A program made the translations under genes and the position numbers. 64,000 bases of DNA, taken from contig CAVOVB010000001.1 of assembly GCA_963699755.1 (NCBI GenBank), positions 544,001 to 608,000 on the forward strand. Direction: 5' to 3'. Of the stretch, positions 21,467-30,979 are shown piece after piece. The notes below the pieces were generated by a model, which did no database searches, was not told the origin of the DNA, and worked only from the letters and a program-made list of their open reading frames with translations. This stretch comes from an uncultured delta proteobacterium. GTDB lineage: Bacteria; Myxococcota_A; Polyangia; Polyangiales; Houyiibacteriaceae. Every line of letters begins with the position of its first letter. Position 1 is the first letter of the stretch.

Positions 21467-21913
21467 CTAGGGGCTGCTGCTGCTCCGACGGCCGCCAAAG
21501 AGCTTCTTGAAGAAGCTGCCCTCGCCCTCGACCCGCGATTCGTCGTCAGGAGGTGCGGCAGGAGTTGTCTGCGGGGCATCGTCCTCTCCGAGCTTCTCGA
21601 TCTCTTCGAGCTCCTCTTCGTCGACCAGCAAGACGAAGTCCGACTCGTCCAATGTCTCGACCTCGGTGCTCTCGTCTTCCCAGCTGCCGCTGGCCTCTCG
21701 GGGCACGGCTGGTCTCTCATCGTGAGGGTCCGCCGACTCCTGGTCGAACGAGACGTCCTTCGCGAGGGCGCTAAGCTCGCCGTCGACCGCATCCAAGTCG
21801 ACCGCAGTGGTGCTGGTGAATCGTCGTCGAACCTTCGTAACCTCGGCGTCGCTCTTGCCTAGCTCTGCGAGAGCCTGGTCCACCCCATCCAGCTTCTCTT
21901 CCGGTAAACCCAC
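21467..21913 (-). CDS. Acidic hypothetical protein with a C-terminal amphipathic helix
   Basis: D/E-rich 148-aa ORF filling the gap; ends SFFKKLFGGRRSSSSP. Confidence 0.65.
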   Translation of the reverse strand: MGLPEEKLDGVDQALAELGKSDAEVTKVRRRFTSTTAVDLDAVDGELSALAKDVSFDQESADPHDERPAVPREASGSWEDESTEVETLDESDFVLLVDEEELEEIEKLGEDDAPQTTPAAPPDDESRVEGEGSFFKKLFGGRRSSSSP

Positions 21914-21970
21914 ATCATCAATGTCACAGGAAAATGGCTTTTCGTAAAGCCTTTCGCCCGAAAAAGTCTC

Positions 21971-23275
21971 TCAGGTCGCTTCGGAAAACCTCGTGATTTC
22001 GGCATCGAGCAGAGGAATGCGGTCCTGGCCCCAGCTGGAATACGAGCCGATCTGCACCGAAGGTACACCCCAAAGCCCCAGCTCCGTCAGGGCTTGGCGA
22101 TTGGCCTGAGCCAGTTCCTGCCAGCTGCTGTCCTCGATGGCAGCCCGCACTTCGGCTTCGCCTATCCCGACTCGCTCCGCGAGAAACAAGAGATCGGGAA
22201 GGTGTCCGACGTCACGGGCCTCCGACCAAATGCCCTGCATCACCGAACGCGGAAACTCGAGCTCGAGCCCCTTGCCGGCGGCGCAACGAAAGAACACCGC
22301 CATGCAATGTGCAATGCCTTGACCCAAGGGATCGCAGACCCGTCCGAAAGGAATCCCTAGGCGATCGGCTTCGCGCTTGGCGTCATGCACGATGTAGAGC
22401 CTCTTCGCTCGTGGGACGGGCAGGCCTCGCATCACCATCGGCAGAACCGGTCGCACCGTCACCTCGACGCCGTGGCGCTCACGGAGCTGGATGAGCTGAG
22501 GAATCGACAAGTAGGAGTAGGGGCTGCGGAACGACACGAAGGCCTCGATGCGCAAAGGGCTTGTGCCGGAGGACCGGATCATCGACGCCAGAGTCGGTAC
22601 GGGGCCGGGCCGGAGATCGAGACTTCCTTCGAGCCCCTCGCGACGCAGCCTCTCCTCGAGGAAGTGGAGCCGGTCAATTCCCCAGTACCAGTCGCCCCCA
22701 TAGTGGATCATGCCAGGCTGGTAGTGCCCAGCGCGTTCGAGCGCCGCGTAGTTCGCTTCGAGGGCAGGACGGACCCCCTCGCCGGACAGGCTGCCATAGC
22801 GCTCGACGATGGCAGCCAGCGCTGAGCCGTCATCCCGCCACACCGCCTCGCCGAGCTCGGCAGCGACCTGCATCTGCTCTTCGGGCGGGCGGCGTTTCAG
22901 CAGGACTGCATGAGCCCGCCGAACCCGATCTTCGGGGGGCGGCACGGCATGGGCTGGAAAGCTCAGGCCGTAGCATTCTGCGAGGAGCGCGGCGTCACCG
23001 ATCGCGTGCTCGAGCAGCATCTCCGGTGCTGGATTCGCCGCGATGCTTGGCTGCGCGACCGGAATGAGCTCGATCTCGAGACCATAGCTCTTGGTCAAAC
23101 CTGGCGCGGCCTGGACCAGGAGTTGGCTGTACGGATCGTCGGCACGATAATAGAAGCGTGCGCGCCTGCGGCCGCCGCGGAGTACCCGGCCGACGGTGAA
23201 CAGAGCATGCTTCGCAGGTCGTGAGCTGAGATAGGCATCGAGAACGGTGCCGACGACCCGGGACTTGGCGGACAC
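21971..23275 (-). CDS. Tandem DsbA / 2-hydroxychromene-2-carboxylate isomerase (kappa-GST-like) domain protein
   Basis: Two repeats: DDPYSQL...YWGIDRL and FRSPYSYL...GVPS...WGQDRI. Confidence 0.8.
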   Translation of the reverse strand: MSAKSRVVGTVLDAYLSSRPAKHALFTVGRVLRGGRRRARFYYRADDPYSQLLVQAAPGLTKSYGLEIELIPVAQPSIAANPAPEMLLEHAIGDAALLAECYGLSFPAHAVPPPEDRVRRAHAVLLKRRPPEEQMQVAAELGEAVWRDDGSALAAIVERYGSLSGEGVRPALEANYAALERAGHYQPGMIHYGGDWYWGIDRLHFLEERLRREGLEGSLDLRPGPVPTLASMIRSSGTSPLRIEAFVSFRSPYSYLSIPQLIQLRERHGVEVTVRPVLPMVMRGLPVPRAKRLYIVHDAKREADRLGIPFGRVCDPLGQGIAHCMAVFFRCAAGKGLELEFPRSVMQGIWSEARDVGHLPDLLFLAERVGIGEAEVRAAIEDSSWQELAQANRQALTELGLWGVPSVQIGSYSSWGQDRIPLLDAEITRFSEAT

Positions 23276-25939
23276 CTAGCTGGCTCCTACCAGCTCGTAC
23301 ACCGTATCGACCGCCTCACTGAGCTTGCTCGGGTCGGGACCTCCGGCCTGCGCGAAGTCCGGACGCCCGCCGCCCTTCCCACCGACGACGCCGGCCGCTG
23401 CCTTGACGATGTCGCCCGCACGGAATCGACCGATCAACTCTTTCGAGACGCTGCAGACGAGCAGCGCCTTCTTGCCATCTTTGCTGGGCGATCCGAGCAA
23501 GATGACTGCCGGCGCGAGCCTGTCCCGAAGCTGGTCGGCCATGTCGCGAAGGGCCGCTGCATCGCCGAGCTCGACGGTAGCTCCGAGCACCTTGGCGCCG
23601 TCCACCTCACGCGCATGGGCCGACAAGTCGGCGCTGTCGCCGGACATCAAGGAACGCTTGAGCCGTTCAATTTCACGCTGCGCGTCCTTTTGCTGCTCGA
23701 TAAGCCGGGCGACCCGGCTGCGAAGCTGCGCAGCGGGCGACTTGAGCAAGGAAGCGGCGCCACTGAGCTCGGACTCGAGCCGACGCAGGTGCCCAAGCGC
23801 GTTCAGCCCCGTCGTCGCCTCGATGCGCCGGACACCGGCCGCGAGGCCTGTCTCGGAGAGGAGCTTGAAGAGCCCGATGTCACCGGTGCGCTCGGCGTGT
23901 GTACCCCCGCAAAGCTCGAGTGACGGACCTATGGTGAGCATGCGCACGACGTCGCCGTACTTCTCTTCGAAGATGCCGATCGCGCCCCGCGCCTTGGCTT
24001 CGTCCATGGCCAGAGCTTCGGTCGTGATGTTGGTGTTCTCCAGCACACGGGCGTTGACGAGATCCTCGATCTGTTCGAGCTCCGCGGCTTCGAGTGGGCG
24101 GGTGCCGCTGTAGTCGAAGCGCAAGCGGTCCGGACCGACCAGTGAGCCCTTCTGCGCCGCGGTCTCCCCAACGACTTGGCGGAGAGCCCAGTGCAAAAGG
24201 TGCGTCGCGCTGTGATTGCGGCGGGTGGCGCTCCGAAGCGCGTGATCGACACGGAGCTCGACCTCCTCCCCGGTCTTGAGCGAGCCCGACACCAACTTGC
24301 CGCGATGAACGATCAAACCTTCCACCGGCTTCTGAGTGTCTTCGACTTCGAAGCCTGCACCATCGAGCTCGATGACGCCCCGGTCGCCCACCTGGCCGCC
24401 CTGCTCCGGGTAAAACGGCGTGGCGCGGGTGATGATCTCGCCCGACGCACCCGTCCGAAGCGCGTGGACCTGGCCCCCATCCGTCAGCAGCGCGACGATC
24501 ACGCTGCGAGCGGCCTCCTGCTCGTAGCCGAGGAACTCGACGGCCCCGAGCTCTTGTGCGAGCGCTGGGTACACGTCTGCAACCGCGCTACTGCCGATCT
24601 TCGAGCCCTGGCTCCGCTGACGCGCCCGTTCGAGCTCGTCGTCGAAGCCCTGCTGGTCGATCACAAAGCCTTGCTCCTCGCCGATCACGTTCTGAAGATC
24701 GAGGGGGAAGCCGTATGTGTCGTAGAGCTTGAACGCCACCTCACCTGGCAAGGAACGCTTGCCGCCGAGGTCGATCCACTTTTCGTTCTCTGAGATGAGC
24801 TGGAGGCCCCTGTCGAGGGTTCGCCGGAAGCGCTCCTCCTCTTGCTGCGTGATTTGCTCGATCAGAGCGCGTCGTTCGGAGAGCTGAGGGTAAACGTCGC
24901 CCATGTCGTCGACGACTCGCAGGGTGCAGTGATGAAGAAACGGCTCATGGATGCCGAGGCGGTGCCCATGGCGGATCGCGCGCCGCATCACCCGGCGAAG
25001 CACGTAGGCTCGCCCCTCTTTGTCGGGGAACACCCCCTCGGAAATGAGAAACGCCGTCGTCCGGGCATGGTCGGCGATGACCCGCATGCTCACATCGTCA
25101 TTGGACTGGCTCTCGCGGTAGCGCTTGCCCGAGATCTCGGAGGCCAAGTCGACGATCGGCCGCAAGAGGTCGGTATCGTAGTTGCTCAGGACGCCTTGTT
25201 TGACGACGGCGATTCGCTCGAGGCCGGCACCGGTGTCGATGGAGGGAGCCGGAAGCGGGTCCATTTTGCCATCGGCGTGCCGATCGAACTGCATGAACAC
25301 GAGGTTCCAAAGCTCGAACCAGCCACGGCCGTCCGGAGCCGGCTCATCGCCGAAGCTGCGGGGGTCGATGTCGTCGAGACCAAGGCAGTAGTGGATCTCC
25401 GAGCAAGGGCCACAGGGGCCGGTGTCGCCCATCTGCCAGAAGTTATCCTTGGCGCCGCAGCGAATGATTCGCTCGCTTGGGAAACCCGTGATGTCTTTCC
25501 AAATCGCAGCTGCCTCGTCGTCGGCTGGTGCTAGGCCCTCTTCGCCACCGAAGACGGTGACCACGATGCGCTCCGGGTCGAGGGCCAGCGTGTCGATGAA
25601 ATAGTCCCAGGCAAACTTGATCGCGTCGCGCTTGAAGTAGTCGCCGAACGAGAAGTTGCCGAGCATCTCGAAGAAGGTGTGGTGGCGGGCGGTGACGCCG
25701 ACGTTTTCGAGGTCATTGTGCTTTCCGCTGATGCGGATGCATTTCTGCGACGTGGTGGCGCGCGAGTACGGTCGGTCTTCCTTTCCGGTGAAGACGTCTT
25801 TGAACTGCACCATGCCCGCGTTGGCGAACATGAGGGTCGGATCGTTGGGCGGCACGAGCGGACCCGACGCGACCCTTTCATGCTCGCGCTCCGCGAAGAA
25901 GCGAAGGAACGATTCCCGAATTTCCGATGAGCGGGCCAT
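23276..25939 (-). CDS. alaS: Alanine--tRNA ligase
   Basis: FANAGMVQFK, HHTFFEMLGNFSFGDYFK, NHSATHLLH, ELCGGTH, GGKGGGRPDFAQAGG. Confidence 0.98.
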   Translation of the reverse strand: MARSSEIRESFLRFFAEREHERVASGPLVPPNDPTLMFANAGMVQFKDVFTGKEDRPYSRATTSQKCIRISGKHNDLENVGVTARHHTFFEMLGNFSFGDYFKRDAIKFAWDYFIDTLALDPERIVVTVFGGEEGLAPADDEAAAIWKDITGFPSERIIRCGAKDNFWQMGDTGPCGPCSEIHYCLGLDDIDPRSFGDEPAPDGRGWFELWNLVFMQFDRHADGKMDPLPAPSIDTGAGLERIAVVKQGVLSNYDTDLLRPIVDLASEISGKRYRESQSNDDVSMRVIADHARTTAFLISEGVFPDKEGRAYVLRRVMRRAIRHGHRLGIHEPFLHHCTLRVVDDMGDVYPQLSERRALIEQITQQEEERFRRTLDRGLQLISENEKWIDLGGKRSLPGEVAFKLYDTYGFPLDLQNVIGEEQGFVIDQQGFDDELERARQRSQGSKIGSSAVADVYPALAQELGAVEFLGYEQEAARSVIVALLTDGGQVHALRTGASGEIITRATPFYPEQGGQVGDRGVIELDGAGFEVEDTQKPVEGLIVHRGKLVSGSLKTGEEVELRVDHALRSATRRNHSATHLLHWALRQVVGETAAQKGSLVGPDRLRFDYSGTRPLEAAELEQIEDLVNARVLENTNITTEALAMDEAKARGAIGIFEEKYGDVVRMLTIGPSLELCGGTHAERTGDIGLFKLLSETGLAAGVRRIEATTGLNALGHLRRLESELSGAASLLKSPAAQLRSRVARLIEQQKDAQREIERLKRSLMSGDSADLSAHAREVDGAKVLGATVELGDAAALRDMADQLRDRLAPAVILLGSPSKDGKKALLVCSVSKELIGRFRAGDIVKAAAGVVGGKGGGRPDFAQAGGPDPSKLSEAVDTVYELVGAS

Positions 25940-25999
25940 GTGCCTCGATTGCTAGCGCCTGTGCAGCGCCCACGCAACGCCTGTGCTAGAGCTTCGGCC

Positions 26000-27697
26000 G
26001 TGCTCACGTGCCTGCGCGTCCGGAGCTTCGCCATCATCGAAGCGCTCGAAGTCGAGCTCGCCGCAGGGCTCAACATCGTCACCGGCGAGACCGGGGCAGG
26101 AAAGTCGATTCTGGTCGACGCGCTCCAGCTCGTGCTGGGGGCCCGGGGACGACCCGAGGTCGTGCGCACCGACGCCGAGGCCGCGGAGGTCGAGGCCCTC
26201 TTTGATTTGTCGGAGCAGCCGGAGGTGCTGGGGGTCCTCAGAGAGCAAGGCATCGAGGCAGACGACGAGCTACTCATTCGCCGAGTCGTGAGCGCCACCG
26301 GCCGCACGCGAGCCTATATCAACGGGCGGCTCGCCACGCTCGCCCAACTCAAGGAAGTCACCAAGGGCCTGGCCGATATCTCGTCGCAGCACGAGTACCA
26401 CTCGCTCGCCGATGCGCGGCACCATCTCAGCTATCTCGACGCCTTCGCAAGTCATGCCCCACTGCTCGAAGAGGTGGGCCGTGCCCACGCGGCGCTCCTA
26501 GTCGCCAGTGCACGACTCGAGGACCTGGTAAACGAAGAGCGTGGCAGGGCCGACCGAGAGGACCTGCTTCGCTATCAGGTCAACGAGATTGAAACGCTTC
26601 GGGAAACGCTTGAGAACGAAGAAGCGCTCGAGCTCGAGTGTGAGCGCCTGCGACATGCGGAGAAGCTCGGCAGGGCGGCAGGCGAGGCGGAGGCGCAGCT
26701 CTATTCGGAGGATGATTCCATCTGCGGGGCAATCTCGCGAATCGCAACGGCGGTCGAGCAGGCGTCGGTTTTCGATCCGACCCTGGTGCCGATGACCAGG
26801 CAGGTTCGCGAGGCCCTCTTGCAACTCGAGGATGCGGCGTCCGAGCTGGGAAGCTATGCACGGGACCTTTCGTTCGATCCGAATCGGCTCGGCGCGCTCG
26901 AAGACGAGCTCGGCCGTCTGTCACGATTGAAGAAGAAGTACGGAGAGACCTCCGCCGAGATTCTCGCGTACCGTGACCAGGCCGCCGAGGAGCTCGATTC
27001 GCTCGAACGCTACGAAGAGCGCCTCGACCGCTACCAGCGCGAGTTCGACGACGCGCTTGAGGAAGCTTCCCGAGTAGCGCTCGTGCTTCGTGGCAAACGG
27101 CAAAGCGCCGCGGTCAAGCTCAGCAAAGCCATCAGCAGGGAGCTTTCGTCGCTCGGCATGGGCGAAGCCAAGGTGATCGTAGAGCTCGCGGCCCTCGAAG
27201 GCGGACCACGCGAGCTCCAAGTCGAAGGCGCGCGACTTTCGCCGACCGGAATCGACCACGCCGAGCTTCTGATCGCGCCAAACCGCGGCGAAGACGCAAA
27301 GCCGCTCCGTAAGATCGCAAGCGGCGGTGAGCTCTCTCGAGCCATGCTCGCGATCAAGCGCGTGCTCGCGGGGCTCGGCCCGGCAAGCCTCTACGTCTTC
27401 GACGAAGTCGATGCCGGAGTCGGTGGGGCCGTCGCCGAAGTCATCGGCCGCAAGATCCACGAGGTTGCCCAACACAGCCAGGTCCTGTGCATCACCCACC
27501 TCCCCCAGATCTCTGTCTACGCCGACGCCCATTACCGCGTGCACAAAGAGGTCGTCGGCAAGCGAACCAAGAGCGACATCCGGCTGCTGTCCGACGAGGA
27601 GCGGCTCGAGGAGATTGCGCGGATGCTGGGCGGGGTCACCGTGACCGACCAGGCGAGGGCAGCCGCCCAGGAGCTGATTCGCAGCGCTGAGACCTGA
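26000..27697 (+). CDS. recN: DNA repair protein RecN
   Basis: TGETGAGKS, IASGGELSR, FDEVDAGVGG, CITHLPQ. Start taken as GTG at 26000. Confidence 0.96.
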   Translation: MLTCLRVRSFAIIEALEVELAAGLNIVTGETGAGKSILVDALQLVLGARGRPEVVRTDAEAAEVEALFDLSEQPEVLGVLREQGIEADDELLIRRVVSATGRTRAYINGRLATLAQLKEVTKGLADISSQHEYHSLADARHHLSYLDAFASHAPLLEEVGRAHAALLVASARLEDLVNEERGRADREDLLRYQVNEIETLRETLENEEALELECERLRHAEKLGRAAGEAEAQLYSEDDSICGAISRIATAVEQASVFDPTLVPMTRQVREALLQLEDAASELGSYARDLSFDPNRLGALEDELGRLSRLKKKYGETSAEILAYRDQAAEELDSLERYEERLDRYQREFDDALEEASRVALVLRGKRQSAAVKLSKAISRELSSLGMGEAKVIVELAALEGGPRELQVEGARLSPTGIDHAELLIAPNRGEDAKPLRKIASGGELSRAMLAIKRVLAGLGPASLYVFDEVDAGVGGAVAEVIGRKIHEVAQHSQVLCITHLPQISVYADAHYRVHKEVVGKRTKSDIRLLSDEERLEEIARMLGGVTVTDQARAAAQELIRSAET

Positions 27698-27724
27698 GCG
27701 GTCGCTCGTTGGGCGCTGCCGCTG

Positions 27725-28237
27725 CTACCCCGACTTCGGCCCGACCAGCGTCCGCAACACCCCCTCCACCGCGACGGCTCCACCCCCGTCCCGAAGCGTG
27801 ACCTCGACCTCGTACTCCCGTTTTGTGTTGGACTCGATGGGCGGCGTGCGGCACTCGCCGGTGATCGTCCCGCGCGCCTTCTTGATGTAGTCCAGGCTCA
27901 TGCCGGCGACGATGAATCGGGCATCGTCTGGCAGGGAGTAGCCGAGCGCGAGGTTTCCGGTCAGCTCGACGAGATTCGCCAACGCCACCGCATGCACGCA
28001 GGATAGATGATTTCGCACCGCGCGACGATCGGCGAGCGTGACGCGCGCATAGCCTGGGCCGAGCTCCTGAACCACCGCGCCGATCGTGGCTGTGTAGGGC
28101 GCAACCGTTCCGACGATACGGCTGAAGACGCGCTTGCCCCCCGGGATGCGCTCGAAACGGTCCCAGGCTTCGCGAATGAAGTTGGTCTTGGATTCGGTCG
28201 CGAGCGCCTCGGCTCTCAAGAACGTCGCAAAGGCCAT
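27725..28237 (-). CDS. Hotdog-fold thioesterase-like protein (DUF4442/PaaI-like)
   Basis: APYTATIG, RNHLSCVHAVALANLVE, LDYIKKARG. Confidence 0.75.
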   Translation of the reverse strand: MAFATFLRAEALATESKTNFIREAWDRFERIPGGKRVFSRIVGTVAPYTATIGAVVQELGPGYARVTLADRRAVRNHLSCVHAVALANLVELTGNLALGYSLPDDARFIVAGMSLDYIKKARGTITGECRTPPIESNTKREYEVEVTLRDGGGAVAVEGVLRTLVGPKSG

Positions 28238-28344
28238 TTCGAAAACATTACTTCAAGTCTCCGAGCTCTCCAATGCCTAGTCACGCCGGACCGGGATGCA
28301 AAGAAAAAGGGGGGGCACCCAAGCTCAGTGGCCCTTCTTCACCC

Positions 28345-28401
28345 CTAACCGTAACGAAGCAGCGCGAGCGCCGTAACTACGGTGAACAACCTCTCCTTCA
28401 T
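28345..28401 (-). CDS. Candidate 18-aa hydrophobic small peptide MKERLFTVVTALALLRYG within a structured RNA
   Basis: ATG at 28401 with GGAG 6 nt upstream and TAG at 28345; flanked by a 5' hairpin and a 3' hairpin with a U-tract. Not in the ORF track. Confidence 0.35.
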   Translation of the reverse strand: MKERLFTVVTALALLRYG

Positions 28402-28527
28402 CCCAAGCTCCCTGCCTGGTACCGCTGGTTTCACCAGCTGGCGGCTATCAGGCGGGGACTATTCTCGAATGGGGGAGAGGCGACGCCTCAGACTCTGCCG
28501 AAGCTGGTAGTTTCGCGGCATCTGGAC

Positions 28528-29643
28528 TCACTCCGAAATGAGCTCCCCGAGCCGAGTCAGCGTCTCTTGCGTTCCTCCTAAAATGAACTCGAGATGCTTC
28601 GAGGTCATGAAGTAGCGGTAGAGGGGATAGTCCCTATCGAAGCCCATGCCACCATGGACGTGCTGGGCGGCAGCCACCACCCGGGCACCGGCTTCAGACG
28701 CGAAAAACTTCGCAACGGCGAGCTCTTTGCCGGCATCGAGGCCTCGATCGAGACGCCAGCACGCTTGCCACATCGAGGATCGCATGACCTGAACGTCGAT
28801 GTATGCATCACCCACCCGCTGCGTCACCCCTTGGAACGTGCCGATGGGAACACCGAACTGCTTGCGTTCACCCGAGTACGCCGCCGTCATGAAGAGCGCC
28901 TGCTCGGCGATCCCGTGTTCGACCGCACAGATCGCGAGGTCGGTGCGATCGACGAGGTAACGCAGGACCTGCTCGCCCTGCTCCGTGCCACCGAGGACAT
29001 CGCCGGCCCCAACGGGAGCGTCATTGAGCTCGAGAAGCCAGAGCGGCTGGCCGTTGGTTCCCTTCTGCTCACCAAGGCGCACGCCGTCGGCTTTGGGATC
29101 GACCAGCAGCACGAGGATCGAGCCACTGTCGGCTCGTGCCGGCACGACGATCCGTTCCGCGAAATCTGCATAGGCGACGTTGCTGAAGCGCCCGCTGACG
29201 CGCCAGCCATCGCCGTCGGCCTTGGCAAGCGGGGACGGATGGAGCGGGTTGCGGCTCCGCGAATCGACGAGAGCCGCGGTCAAAATGGTGCGGCCCTGGG
29301 CGATTCTAGGAAGGAAGCGCTCCTTTTGCTGGGAGGTCCCGAACTCCACGAGGGGAAGCGCGGCGGCGACGAGGGTTTCGATCGCGGGGATCGGCGCGAC
29401 GGTGCGCCCGACTTGCTGAAGCAGGAGGCAGAGCTCGGTCAGCCCCATCCCAGCTCCACCGTACTCTTCGGGAATGGCGAGGCCGAGCATCTCGGATTCG
29501 GCGAGCTGCCTCCATGCGCGCTCATGAAACCAGCGGTCCTCCTTGGCGAGCGCCTTGAGCGAGTCGTCCGTGACGATGTCGCTGAGCACCTGCTTGACGA
29601 GGTCTCGAATGCTGTTCTGGTCTTCGGTGAACGAAAAATCCAT
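28528..29643 (-). CDS. Acyl-CoA dehydrogenase, partner subunit (FadE27/ChsE5-like)
   Basis: MDFSFTEDQ start at 29643; RKQFGVPIGTFQGV, QHVHGGMG; C-terminal EFILGG lacks the GGxxE motif. Confidence 0.85.
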   Translation of the reverse strand: MDFSFTEDQNSIRDLVKQVLSDIVTDDSLKALAKEDRWFHERAWRQLAESEMLGLAIPEEYGGAGMGLTELCLLLQQVGRTVAPIPAIETLVAAALPLVEFGTSQQKERFLPRIAQGRTILTAALVDSRSRNPLHPSPLAKADGDGWRVSGRFSNVAYADFAERIVVPARADSGSILVLLVDPKADGVRLGEQKGTNGQPLWLLELNDAPVGAGDVLGGTEQGEQVLRYLVDRTDLAICAVEHGIAEQALFMTAAYSGERKQFGVPIGTFQGVTQRVGDAYIDVQVMRSSMWQACWRLDRGLDAGKELAVAKFFASEAGARVVAAAQHVHGGMGFDRDYPLYRYFMTSKHLEFILGGTQETLTRLGELISE

Positions 29644-29654
29644 TGGGGGCCTCG

Positions 29655-30833
29655 TCAGCGTCGTCCTAGGCGGGGCATGCGAAGCCCAGCCTGGCAAATG
29701 ATGTCTCGTTGAATCTCGTTGGTGCCGCCGCCGAAGGTGAGCACCAAGGACATGCGGTAATACTTCTCGAGGCGTCCGCGAAGAAGCACCCCTTCGGAGC
29801 TGTGGTGAAGCACGCCCGCTGCTCCGTGAACCTCCATGAGCAATCGCGACCCTTCGACATAGAACTCCGAGCCGAAGACTTTGATCGCAGAAGCATCGGC
29901 AGGCGAAAGCGTTTCATTTGCGATGCCCCAAGCTTGCTGCCAGTTGAGCAGCTTGAGCACTTCGAGCTTGGCATAAACCCGCGCGAGATTGGTTTTCACC
30001 CAAGGCAAATCGATGACCCTGCCGCCATCACCGTTTTGGGCCTTCTTCGCCCATTCGATGGTCTCGGTGTAGATCCTTTCGAGTGGACCCACCGAGCAAA
30101 GAGCGACGCGCTCGTGATTGAGCTGGGTGGTGATCAAATGCCAGCCGTTGTTCTCGCCACCGACTAGGTTCGCGACCGGAACTCGCACGTTGTCGTAATA
30201 GACCGCGTGCACGTTGTTCTCACCGAGCGCGTGCATCGGCGTAATTTGAACGCCCTCGGCCTCTGCGGGAACGATGATGATCGAGATCCCCTTGTGCGGC
30301 GGCGCATCGGGATCGGTGCGACAGGCCAGCCACATGTAGTCGGCATGGTCGGCCAAGCTGGTCCATATCTTCTGGCCGTTGATCACGTATTCGTCGCCAT
30401 CGCGGACCGCGCTGGTTTGAAGCGACGCGAGGTCGGTACCCGAGGCGGGCTCGGTGTATCCGATCGAGAAATGACACTTACCTTCGAGAATCTTCGGCGG
30501 GTACTTCGCCTTCTGCTCCTCGGTTCCGAACTTGAGTAGGGTCGGCCCCACGGTATTCAGCGTGAGGATCGGAACCGGAAAGCCAGCGCGCTGCACCTCA
30601 TCGAAGAAGATGAACTGCTCAATCGGACCCCGGCCCTGGCCGCCGTGCTCTTTCGGCCAGCCAATGCCGAGCCAGCCATCGGCGCCGAGCTGTTGCATCG
30701 CCTCGTGATAGAGAGGTCCACCGCCCTCGACTTCGTCGAGCTCGGCGATGAGCTCGTCGGTAATCAGGTGATCGAAGTATGCGCGAAGCTCGTCGCGCAA
30801 TGCTTTTTGCTCGGGGGTGTAGTCGAAATACAT
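29655..30833 (-). CDS. Acyl-CoA dehydrogenase (FadE26/ChsE4-like)
   Basis: MYFDYTPEQ start at 30833; IGYTEPASGTDLASL, INGQKIWTS, LNHER, TFGGGTNEIQR. Confidence 0.9.
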   Translation of the reverse strand: MYFDYTPEQKALRDELRAYFDHLITDELIAELDEVEGGGPLYHEAMQQLGADGWLGIGWPKEHGGQGRGPIEQFIFFDEVQRAGFPVPILTLNTVGPTLLKFGTEEQKAKYPPKILEGKCHFSIGYTEPASGTDLASLQTSAVRDGDEYVINGQKIWTSLADHADYMWLACRTDPDAPPHKGISIIIVPAEAEGVQITPMHALGENNVHAVYYDNVRVPVANLVGGENNGWHLITTQLNHERVALCSVGPLERIYTETIEWAKKAQNGDGGRVIDLPWVKTNLARVYAKLEVLKLLNWQQAWGIANETLSPADASAIKVFGSEFYVEGSRLLMEVHGAAGVLHHSSEGVLLRGRLEKYYRMSLVLTFGGGTNEIQRDIICQAGLRMPRLGRR

Positions 30834-30922
30834 GGCCTCACGCTTTCCGGCCTGCGTACCGGAGTGAAACATGTTCTAGTTAGCCATGGGCCTGATGCAA
30901 GTCGACCCCCCGATCGGATACG

Positions 30923-30949
30923 AAAAAAGCCGGCTCGATGGAGCCGGCT
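30923..30949 (-). terminator. Intrinsic terminator of the Ala-rich lipoprotein gene
   Basis: AGCCGGCTC-N4-GAGCCGGCT hairpin running into a T-tract on the minus strand. Confidence 0.8.
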
Positions 30950-30979
30950 CCTTTGCTGAAAGGTTCGAAACCCTGTGCC

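Noticed and set aside
25940..25999. SOS box in the 60-bp alaS/recN divergent gap
   Set aside because: No recognisable LexA-type motif found.
28298..28460. Identity as SRP RNA, 6S RNA, tmRNA or Pxr
   Set aside because: GAAGCAGC is present but the SRP GGAA-loop helix does not form. There are no tmRNA ends and no single 6S-like rod, and neither sequence nor context resembles Pxr as I recall it. Kept as an unassigned candidate.
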